This document shows positions 11,862 through 24,120 of a stretch of 64,000 bases of DNA, piece after piece. Origin of the DNA: Octopus sinensis (lineage: Eukaryota); assembly GCF_006345805.1 (NCBI RefSeq), contig NC_042997.1, positions 194,990,001 to 195,054,000 of the forward strand. Reading direction: 5' to 3'. The translations under genes were made by a program, and so were the position numbers. Each line of letters starts with the position of its first letter. Positions within the stretch are counted from its first letter, which is position 1. The notes under the pieces are model-generated. The model was not told the DNA's origin. It did no database searches and saw only the letters and a program-made list of their open reading frames with translations.

Positions 11862-14800
11862 AACACACACACACATATATATATATATATAAACACACAC
11901 ACACACACACATATATATATAAACACACACACACACATATATATAAATACACACACACATAAACACACACATATAAAAACACACACACGCATATACACAC
12001 ACATACACACACAAACATACACACAACATACACATACACAAACATACACACGCACACACACATATAAGTATAAGGTGTATTATGAGCATTTATAGAACAC
12101 AGTCAACAAACAATTAAAGATGGAGAAGAGATGTTAAAAGTTTGATAACATTTTAATCCATGCATACAATTGTTTCAAATGGTAACACCAACATGTAGGA
12201 AACATGGAAGAGATTAAATTAATTATAATTAAATTATATATTACCATTCTCGTCAGTGCAAAAAATGAAGGAAACATCAGAAAAGTCGTAATTCTTCTGT
12301 TACAACTTTCCTGATGTTAAGAAGCTTGTTTTGCAATATCATGGCTTTGGGTTCAGTTCTACTGTAGGGAACCTTGGGCAAGTGTCTTCCACTACCATAA
12401 GGGTGACCAATGCCTTGTGAGTGAATTTGGTAGACATAAACTTTGTGGAAACCTATCATGTGTGTGTGTGTTCCCCACCCACTTCTTGACAACTGGTGTT
12501 GGTTTGTTTATATTCCCATAACAGTTTGGCAAGAGATTAATTGAATAAATACCAGTGTTTAAAAAAAACCATAAATACTGGGGTTGCGCTGTTTGACTAA
12601 AACCCTTAAAGGTGATGCCCCAGCATGGCCACAGTCTAATGACTAAAACAAGTGGAAAGTGAAAAAGAAAGGAAAATAACACAATGGTGATTTGTACAGA
12701 ATTGCCATTCTGATGAAAGGATAAAATCTAATCTATAATACTTACATAGTGACCAGCAGCACAAAATGAAGCTATGGTGTTCTCCATCACAGGATTTCTA
12801 GAATAAAAGGAAAATTGAGACATTAAACAATTGCAGTGTGGAAGGTGTTTGTAAGCCATTTAAGAAACACACAAAAGCCGTTCGATTCACTTCAACATTT
12901 AAGTTTAATTTGTCAAAATATTTTCGTCGCTAAAATCCGCGACCTGTTCACTGACAAGCAAAAGCTTCATTTCATTAGACACTGCATCTCACTGAAGGTT
13001 TGAGACATTAAATTTCTAGTCAAAAGTAACACCACATCTCTTTTATGCATTCTGTCTACATTTTGACAGAATTGATACTTTGAGGAGAAAAAGGATTAAA
13101 TACAAAATAGCTACTATCAATTTAAAAAAAAAAATTTTTATTATTATAATAATAATAATAATAATAATAAACCAGTGATTGTAGGGATCTCTAGGAATGA
13201 TAAAAAAAAGGTACTGAAACCTATTTGAAAATGATACCAAGCTTACTATCCCTACAGGAAGTGCAAAAAATTGTGTTAACTGGAACGGCTCATGAACTGA
13301 GAAGAGCATTATCGCTGTGAAAACAACATCCATTCATGAATTTATTTATTTATTCATTTTTTAAATACATATTTTATCTGTGAATTTGCGTGTGTAATCT
13401 GGGAATGCATACAATGAGCTTCTCTGCCCTAGGTGTATGGAAAACACTCGGCGAGAAACGGAAGAAAATTTGAAGAAAGAAATAATAATAATAATAATGA
13501 AATTATTATATACATTGCTCAGGTGCACCACAACTTGTCAAAAGTGCGTATAAAGCATATGCGGTAATGTACAAATGTCTGGGAAGTGAACAGTGTAAGA
13601 GTCAGATACATGCTTGCGTGTGTATGGAGGGGAGAGAATCAGGTGTAGTATTGGCAAATCTCAGGAAGCATGGAAGTTTTGAAGGATGCAGTGCTCCGAC
13701 AACTAACAACTGATGCTGGCAGTTTGTTCCATGCTTCAGCAACTCTTAGCGGGAAAAAATGTTTCCGAAAGTCATGGGAGCTGTGCTGTTTTCTGACTTT
13801 GTAAACATGTCCACAGGCGTCTAACACCCGTGGACATGAAAGCATCAATGGTAAATACCAGAATCACATTTGACTCTTTAATACTTAAACTGACCATATC
13901 AGTTCCAAATAATCTACCTGTTTTATGTTTAAGCTGGCCAGATCTGGTCTACAGTGTCATTTTAAAAATAAGCACTCACTTCATTGAAATCTTAAAACTA
14001 TAAAATAATGCATTCGATGACGGGCACTCGTGCTAACGGGGTGGAAAGAGCACCATACGAGCGTGATCGTTGACAGAGCGGATAACCGGCTTCCATGCCA
14101 GTGGCGCATAAAAGGCACCATTTGAGTGTGATCGTTACCAGCATCGCCTTACTGGCACTTGTACCCCGTGCTAGTAGGATGCTGAGAGCACCATCTGAGC
14201 ATGATCATTGCCAGAGCGGCTAACTGGCTTCCATGCCGGTAGCATGTAAAAGGCACCATTTGAGTGGGATCGTTACGAACATCGCCTTACTGGCACCTGT
14301 GCCAGTGGCATGTGTAAAAAGATTCTAGCGAGGTCATTGCCAGTACCGCCTGACTGGCCCTGTGCCCATGGCACATAAAAGCACTCACTACACTCTGAAA
14401 CAAAGTAAAAGAATGGTGTTCCAGCATGGCTGTAGTTCAATGACTGAAGCCAGCAAAAGATAAAAATGTCAAACAGAGGGATTCATTATGAGCAAAGATC
14501 AACTTACGGAAGTGTAAAAGAAGAACCCATTCCTCGATGACCAATATGTAACGGATCTTTCTGATGCTGCAATTGTTTTTGATAAGAGAAATCAAGAGAA
14601 CAGTGGTGTCCTTGAAGAGGTTTTGTAATGCAATATTTCACTGAAAAATAAATAACAGATCAGTTTAAGAAGCAAGAAAGTCCAATAAAAAAAAAAAACA
14701 CAACAGCAGCAATTGGAGGCGCAATGGCCCAATGGTTAGGGTAGCGAACTCGCAGTCAGAGGATCGCGGGTTCGATTCCCAGACCGGGCGTTGTGTGTGT

Positions 14801-17800
14801 TTATTGAACGAAAACACCTAAAGCTCCACGAGGCTCCAACAGGGGGTGGTGGCGACCCCTGTTGTACTCTTTTGCCCCATCTTTCTCTCACTCTTTCTTC
14901 CTGTTTCTTGTCCCCGACTTCCTATGCAACTGCTGAACCTGGATGCGCATTCATCCATCCGTCGATGCTATCGGTGTCGGGGGTTGACCTGCTTCCTCTT
15001 CTGTAGGTCTTACGAATAGCAAAGGACCACGTTACGGACTTCTCCCACTACAGAGGCATGATTTTGCGAGCTCTGGGACGAAGACCGCTTCGCGCAACAG
15101 CAACAGCAGTGTCGCTGCCACCGCCACCAAATAATTTGCTTGATACCACAAATTTGCCTGTCAGTTGTTTGACCTTATCCAGATGAGCATGTCCCTTAGT
15201 GGCTTACAATATATGCATGTCTGATCCCAAGCAGAAGTAGTGGAGGAGCATCATAGTAAAATGTTGAGAGGAATTCTTTGGGGTTTGAATAATTCACCTC
15301 TGGAAACCTGGGTGTTTCATTCAACATCCTTAAATTACCCTTATTCAGGGACCTTTTGAGTGGGATGGGCAACTTGACCTGAAGAAAATTCTAACTGGAC
15401 CTCACCTACAAGGTCATGCGTTGTTTACCTTGATACGAGATCACTATGTCATGCACATATGGTTGTGATGCATGTGCCTAGTGTACCCTTATCAGACAGG
15501 GAGCCATGATGGGTATACTGGGCTTCGTATATTTGTACCCCAGCATCACTCTGATGGCATGTGCTGCTCTTTCATGAATAATAATAATAATGATAATCCT
15601 TTCTACTATAGGCATAAGGATCGAAATTTCGGGGGAGGGGACTAGTTGATTACATCATCGACCCCAGTGAATCTCTGGTACTTAATTTATCGACCCTGAA
15701 AGGATGAAAGGCAAAAATCAACCATAGCAGGATTTGTACTCTGAACGTAAAGATGGGAGAAATCAGCATGGAAGACAGATATTAAATGATGATGATGGTG
15801 GTAATGGTAATGGTGATGGTGTGTGTGTGTGTGTGCACGCATGTCTTTGTGCATGTATGCATAGGTATGAAGGCTGCGAGCTGACAGAATTGTTAGCACG
15901 CCGGGCGAAATGTATAGCTGTATTTTGTCTGCCGTTATGTTCTGAGTTCAAATTCCGCCAAGGTCGACTTTGCCTTTCATCCTTTTGAGATCGATAAATT
16001 AAGTACCAGTTACACACTGGGGTCGATGTAATCGACTTAATCTGTCTGTCTGTCTTTGTTTGTCTCTTCTGTGTTTAACCCCTTGTGGGTAGTAAACAAA
16101 AAGTGTGTGCATAGGCATGCATGTTCCCTTGCCTTGGCATCATGAGATGGTTCTAAAAAAGTATTATTCTCATACAAGCTATGTTGTATGCTTCTAGTTT
16201 TCCATGGGAAACTTGTCTGGCCACAGAGAGAAACTATGTGGCTTATTTGTTAAGGTGTTCAGTTCATGATTGTGAGGTTGTGAGTTTGATTCCCGTTGAC
16301 ACTTTATTTCACATTGTTCCAGGCCACACACATGGTACAAATGAGTTGGACCTGTAATTCAAAGCGCCAACTTTGTCACATTCCGTGTCACCCCAAATCT
16401 CCCAGAGAACTACATTAAGGGTACATGTGTCTGTGGAGTGCTCAGCCACTTGCATGTTTAACCCTTTAGTGTTCAGATTATTCTATCAAACATAATGCTT
16501 ATTGATTCACGTTGATTTGAATTAATCATGCATTATCCCATATCTTCAAGATCTTGATGGTGTAATTACTTAATGTAGAATAACATTGTAGGGTAGGTGT
16601 GAGAGCCTGGATCTGGTCAGTTTGAACATAAAACAGGTTAAATATTTTGGCAGGATATGGCCGGTTTAAATACTAAAGGGTTAATTTCACAAGCAGGCTG
16701 TTCCGTTGATCGCATCAACTGGAACCCTCATTGTCATAACTCACTGAATACCAGTCTGGCAATAGGAAATATCACATTGCTAAGAAACAAGTGAGGGTTG
16801 GCCACAAGAAGGACATTTGGGGGATCTTTTCGGTTTGACCGGCAGTTTTTTAAAATAATTTCCACGTAACTAAACACTTTTAAACTTCATATACTGGTAG
16901 AATGTGTTTATAAAACATCTTTTTCTCTTGGCTTTATTGAGAAAATTCTATAGTTTGTAAGATATTTGTTGTTTTTTTTTCTTCAATTTCTGCAATTTCA
17001 ACCAATCAATGACGTCTATTGAGGTGAAAACATTCTGTGCCGTATGAATATGTTCCTCGTTTAAGAAACACATTGGGTTTATTTACATTTCTGAAGAAAA
17101 AAAGATACCCTTCCCCCTAACCCCTAACCCTAAAACAAATTGAAATGCAATAGATCGATACTAGGGTCATAATTATGGGTGACAATTTCATATGACACCG
17201 CTAGAAAAAACTGCTGTTCAAACCAAAAAGATCCCATTTGAGTGTAGAAAATCTGCCACAATAATTTATGTTTGACCCATGCAAGCATGAAAAAAAATGG
17301 CTATTAGATGATGATGAATAATGAAGAAATATTAAGCACTGAGATATCAGTTACAACAAACTACTCACCTTTTATTTCTCCAGCAATTTTTTGATCAAGT
17401 GTTGAAATATAAGTCGTTGCTGTACCCAAAGAATCCTTCAGAATTGATGGAAGGATATAGCTATACCCAATATGGGTAGGTCCATTTGTTAATGGATTAT
17501 TTTCTACAGATGTATGACACCCATAGAAGTCCAAACGGAAGCCCTTCAATTGAGAAACAATAACAAGGATTATTTTGTTTTGCCTTGTTTTGAGTTAAAT
17601 AACTAACTGTAGTCATGCAAACAATTAAACATCTATACTATAATAAAGAAAGCTGCTTATTCATTAGTTTGGAGTATGTAACTTTTATTCTAAAAAAAAG
17701 CAAATATTAAAGTCTGCATTATCTAGAAAATTCCAATAAATTCCAATTTTAAAATATTTTAATTAAAATATTTAGAAGAAGACCTATCAAGCCAAGTAAA

Positions 17801-20317
17801 GTTGCAATCATGGCAGATACCAATGTCACACAAATGGCACTTGTACTAGTGGCATGTAAAAGTACCTTTCAAGTATTGGGCCTCATGGAGGCAAAGACTG
17901 AGACCATTTGACATTATGCCAGGCTTTGAGTGTTGGGCCTCATGGAGGCAATGACTGAGTCCATTGGCATTATACTGTGTTTGAGAAGAAGACACATCAA
18001 GCCAAGTAAAACCACAGTCATGGTAGATACCAGTGTCATGCAAATGACACCCGTGCGGGTGTTAGGAAGAGTATCCAGCCATAGAAAACCATGCCAAAAC
18101 AGACTGGAGTCTGGTGCAGCCTTCTAGCTTGCCAGCTCTGGTCAAACCGTCCAACCCATGCCTTTCTTTCGTTTGTCTATATATATAGTTGAAATTTACA
18201 GAAAAACAAAAGACGAAGAGAGGTGTATAAACAACAAACAGGTTTAACGCTCAGGAAAGTGAGAAAGTCTTTTACATTTCGAGCCTATACTCTTCAACAG
18301 AAAGGAACACTAGGAAATAAACAAAGAGAGAATAAAAAAACTTGTGGAGCTAGCAGTCAATCATATCACAAATATAAAGCAAAATATAATTGAAATGTAT
18401 TTTGTTAGGCTGCTGTAAAAGGATCAAATCCTTCTATGTGTATAGATGAGAAAGAGATAGGCTACTTCAAACTGAATAGTTACTCATTACACTACGAAAA
18501 GATAAAAAGTTCCAGTGGTGACATAACATTCCTCAAGGTTCTAAATAGCTATTTCATTGAGATAGAAGAATGAATACTAAACAGGTATATTTGTCAATAA
18601 TAATCTGTCAAATAAAATATGTTACAACTGAACTTACAATCTTTGAAGAGTCTAAAACTTGGCTCTTGAAGGTCAAAACAGAATCTGGTTCGTAGACACA
18701 GCCAAAATTACTCTGTTTGGTTGACTGATAATTTTCTTCAGTAAGAACCTATGGGAAATGTGAGAATTTGATTTATATTAAAAATAGCAACAAACAAGAA
18801 CATTTATAGTGTATTACAGGTAATTATCAAAGGGGTAGGGTGCTGGTGTTTAGGGTTCAAGAAAAACATACCCATGCAATATGAACTCAAATAATGGTTT
18901 CAAATTTTGGCACAAGGCCAGTAATTTTGTGAAGAGGGGTTAAGTTGATTACATCAACCCCAGTGTTCAACTTATTTTATCAACTTCAAAAGAATGAAAG
19001 GCAAAGTGAAATTTGAACTTAGAATGTAAAGATGGATGAACTGCTGCTAAACATTTTACCTGGGTTGCTAACGATTCTGCCTTTATGTATACAAACATGT
19101 TACCTGTTTATACTCCATTGACTGAATGATGGCAAAAGTTATAGAAATCACCAATTAAACCACTTCCTTTAACCCTTAATGCATAGCAACCAAGTATATT
19201 TGGTTTCCATACATATGTATTTCAGATTCAGAGACAGAATTAACCTGTCTTTGATAGTGAGGTACTTTCTGAAATTCTCCACATTTCATATGATGTAATA
19301 CACTCATTTTATTTTTACTGGTCAAGAGAAAGAGGTTATGAAAACCAATTTACATTTAATTTCTACATGTTTGTATGCAAAAATTTAATTGGTACAAGGG
19401 TAAATCATTTATATAAGTCACTGAATTTACAAATTTTCCAACCCCTACTATGACTATTAAATTATTACTAAAAAGGGAACAGAAGGTATTCTGGTAGGAT
19501 GTAGCTTGGGTGAAGAAAAAAATTAATTTGGATCCAGAAGTTGAGAGCAAAGATATTCCAAGAAAGACTACAAGAAGTGATTGGTGATTAACACAGGTAA
19601 AATAAAAGATAAATTAGAAAAAACATACAACTACAAACTAGTGCTGGAGATGACACACAAGAAGAGTGTTATTTTTGTTTATCTTTAATTATTTATATGT
19701 CTGTGTGTGTGTGTGTGTGTGTGTTGTTTGTTTGTTCCTTCTCGAGCCATGCCTGGCTCATAAGGGCTGGTTTCCCGGTTTCCTTGGCATATAGGTTCCC
19801 CACCTGGACGAGAGTCAGCAGAAGTTCACCATTACCTTCTGCTGGAGCCATATGGAGCTTAGGTGTTACGCTCATAAACACACACATCGCCCGGTCTGAG
19901 ATCCGAACCCGCGACCCCCTCAACCGCGAGTCCGCTGCTCTAACCACTAGGCCATGTGCCTCCACATGTGTGTGTGTGTAATTAGAGGCAATTACACAAA
20001 TTAAAGAAAAGCACACTTCAGACACACCATAGAGTTGAAATATTTATTAACAGCACGACTTAAAAGAGCTTTACTTGAAGTTTCACAGACACACAAAAAA
20101 TAGTGATCATCAAAACACTCAATTCTTGGATGTGTGGTTAATAATTCCCCTTGCAACCATGTGGCTTTAGTTTCAAGTTCACTGTGAGACACCTGTGGAA
20201 AGTATTTTCTACTTCAACTTTGAATTGACCAAAGCCTTGCGAATGAAATTTGCTGGATGGAAACAATACAGAATCCTGCTGCATCTGTGTGTGTGCATGT
20301 GTGTGTGTGTGTGTGTA

Positions 20318-20350
<33 letters not shown>

Positions 20351-23300
20351 ATGCATGTTTTCACATTGAAACCATTTGGTGGTCTAATGTGCAAAACCCC
20401 AAGGAATAAAGTACATTACATGAAAAGAAGTAAAAATTGGTCAGGGAAAGGACATCCTACCATAGAATATCGCTTCATGAAGTCTCATCCAACCCATACT
20501 AGCATGGAAAAATGTGAACATTAAAATGACTATGAGATATATGTGTGTGTATGTATAAAAATTGTTTTAAATTGTTACAATGAAAGCTGGAAATAAAGGA
20601 GTTAAAACAGATGTGAAGAAGACAAAAGAAACAGATTACAGTTTACCTTATATTTCAGTATTTCAGGATTAAAACCTCCTTGTCAAGAGAAGATGGAGAG
20701 AGGTGATAAGCTGATATCTCTTGCACAGATATGTGCAAAGGAGAGTTGCAACATTCACAGACCAATATCATTATAAAGCCAATCTGCTTTGTGTAATTTA
20801 CACCATTGTTAATAGGTGGATTCAGTTTAGTAATGAGGATAGCCTCCTTAATCCTTAAATTACCAATGTTTCATTCTGTGCTCATGATGGTAACTGTGAT
20901 GTCTTGTGAGTGATATTTCTCAGCAAATTTATATATATATATGGAGAATTTAATGTTACATTTTGATACGACATCAAATGATTTTGGAAGCGCTGGAGTT
21001 GATGGAGATAATGGTGACACAACATAAAAATGCTTTCAGTAATGTTATATTTAACTATAGAAATTCAACAATAAAGAATTGTCAAAAGTTTTATAGGCCA
21101 TCATGTTACTGAATGTACTGTGGTCTTAGAATATATACACCACATCTGCATTTTGTAATAAGCAACAGGAAGGGTATCTGGTTGTAGAACTTTACTTCAG
21201 AAAAACATCTAATGCATGCCAGCGTGGAAAGCGAAAATAAAACACTGATGATATTTACATGTCTTCATGTTAAAACATCCTTGTTTTAACATCCATTTCT
21301 TTTCTCTATGTTGGCACAGATTGGAGAAATCTGGTGCACAATGTATCATCCCACTTTTTAATATTTTGTCATCTCATGTGTGAGGACCAGTGTCAATTTT
21401 GCTTCCAGTAATTGTCATTCATTATTCATTAACATCAATCACAACTGTCTTTTCTGTATATATCAGTTGTTATCTTTAATGCCCAGACACCCCTTCACTT
21501 CACTAGTTCTTCACAAATTAACATTATTCATCTTATAAAACATTACCCCATCATCCACAATTCGTATCTGTCCAGCTTCCACACATCTTTTATGGGGTCT
21601 TACTACCATATAGGCAACATCAAACTCCTTTCATTTGCTTTATGCAACTTGTCTTTCCTCATGGAGAGAGAAGCACTTTCTTGCCAACAGATGGAGCAGC
21701 TCTTTGAACTTCTTCCACATATTCCTTACTTTAATTATTATATTTCTGCAACACCCATCTAGAATAATCAGCACTCTATGTTCTTTTATATCTCATTTCT
21801 TGTATATGAGTTAGGCCTAACTCATCGTAAAGTCAATACCACCATGACCGACATCCAAACTACAGTGGAGAAGGCTAGCCACTAAATTTGGTTAAAAAGA
21901 GACGATGAGCGATGGCTAGAAGGATATTGAGCTTTATTTGATAACCAGCTGATTTAGCAAGCGGGGCCTCATATCAGTGAGGCATTGATGCCGTTGAGAG
22001 GTAGGCCCCGAAACAGTACGCATTCTCTCCTGATGACCCCATACACTTGCTGGCTTCCGGAATGTGGAGTTTTTGACTGGTAGCACTTGCATGTGCAAGT
22101 CGGTTGCAAGATATCATACATCCATTCACCTGCCCTCTGATATCACAGCTATTTTACCAGACCTACCTGTCGATGTGCTAACACTGAGCTGACACTGATT
22201 AAAGTGGACCTGAAATTAAAAACCTGAAAACAAGAAGGTTGTTGCCGACAGTGAAATGGGTGGTCACATCTGGAACTACTCCTGTACCATACTCCATACT
22301 AACACAGCAGATGTCAGAGCTAACAGCTACTGGGTGGTCACATCTGGAACTATCCTTACACGTATCAATATTTCCACCAGCAACATAAAATTTATATCTT
22401 CGATGCATACCTGTAAAGTACAATGAACATCATCATCATCGTTTAACGTCCACTTTCCATGCTAGCATGGGTTGGACGCGACATTTAATATATTATCATT
22501 CCTTTTCTCTTCTTGTCTTCTTGTGCCAAGGCTACATGCATCAGCAACCATGAACCTTCATGCCCAAGTCTGAAGATTCATGACTTTGGGAAAGAAATCG
22601 TAGTGGTTTCTTGTTGCTTCCAAGCTTGTTTAATTACACTTTATTTTTATTTCTTTATTGCCCACAGGGAACTAAACATAGAGGGGACATACAAGGACAG
22701 ACAAACGGATTAAGTCGATTACATCAACTCCAGTGCATAACTGGTACTTAATTTACCGACCCCGAAAGGATGAAAGGCAAAGTCGACCTCGGTGGAATTT
22801 GAACTCAGAACGTAACGGCAGGTAAAATACCTATTTCTTTATTACCCACAAGGGGCTAAACACAGAGGGGACAAACAAGGACAGACAAAGGGATTAAGTC
22901 GATTACATCAACCCCAGTGCGTAAGTGGTACATAATTTATTGACCCCAAAAGGATGAAAGGCAATGTCGACCTTGGCAGAATTTGAACTCAGAACGTAAC
23001 AGCAGACGAAATACTGCTAAGGATTTCACCCGGCATACTAACGTTTCTGCCAGCTCACCACCTTTCAAGGTTACCTTTCAAGCATAGGGAATGATTTGCA
23101 TAAAATCAGAGCAAGTCCACAGATGTCTTGGTATGACAAGACTATCCCCCATCAAATTTCTGTATACCTTGGCCATAGGATCATCCTCTGCTATTTGATT
23201 CACAACCAGGGCCCTTGAGTGTACTATCACCATGGGGTAGCGCAAACCTAAGAGTATGTGTTAACTAAGGTTAACTCCACACATCCCAAAACTCTTGAAT

Positions 23301-24075
23301 TCCCAAGATATAGTTATTGCCCAAGACAATAGTATCAGTATTATAGAAAAATACAACATTTTTATAGTAATTTAAACTCTTCATTACACATAAGTTAGCT
23401 TGGACAGTAGATACAAATTACTTCTGGTCATGCTGTACAAATATAGTCACACACTTGAACACAGAAAAATAGAAATATTAAAGTTTCATTTATAATGTAT
23501 ACCTTTGATTTTTAGGGTTAAAATTATGGAAAAGTGTGTATTGAACTTGAATCAATACAGCATATTTTATATTCTTTTCATTGAAAATAAACAACAAAAT
23601 CGTTCATGTCAGATTAACCTCTGTGATCCATATGTCTTTGGATTTTACAACTGAATCTATATTCTTAGCTCTAAGCCTACTTTCTATGAATATATATATA
23701 TATATATCATCATCATCATCATCGTTTAACGTCCGTTCTCCATGCTAGCATGGGTTGGAGGGTTCGACCGGGGATCTGGGAAGCCAGAAGGCTGCACCAG
23801 GCTCCAGTCTTATCTGGCAATGTTTCTACAGCTTGATGCCCTTCCTAACGCCAACCACTCCATGAGTGTAGTGGGTGCTTTTTATGTGCCACCTGCATAT
23901 ATATATATATATATAAAACAATAATGACAGGCTTTCCTCTTCAAAGCCAAAAAATTCTTTGGTCCCAGCGATTATTAACCAAGACAAACCTCAGGTAAGG
24001 CCCAATAAAATATTGCTCTTGTATCTGTGACACAACTACTACTCACATAGACATGCTATATTGTATAATAATAAC

Positions 24076-24120
<45 letters not shown>

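Noticed and set aside
14715-14790. tRNA-like sequence
   Set aside because: It has A and B boxes but no proper acceptor stem and continues into a SINE body with dispersed relatives.
21945-22040. Possible hammerhead (ggggcct...aggcccc GAAA cagta, with ctgatga nearby)
   Set aside because: CUGAUGA is not positioned to close stem II and no consistent stem I forms.
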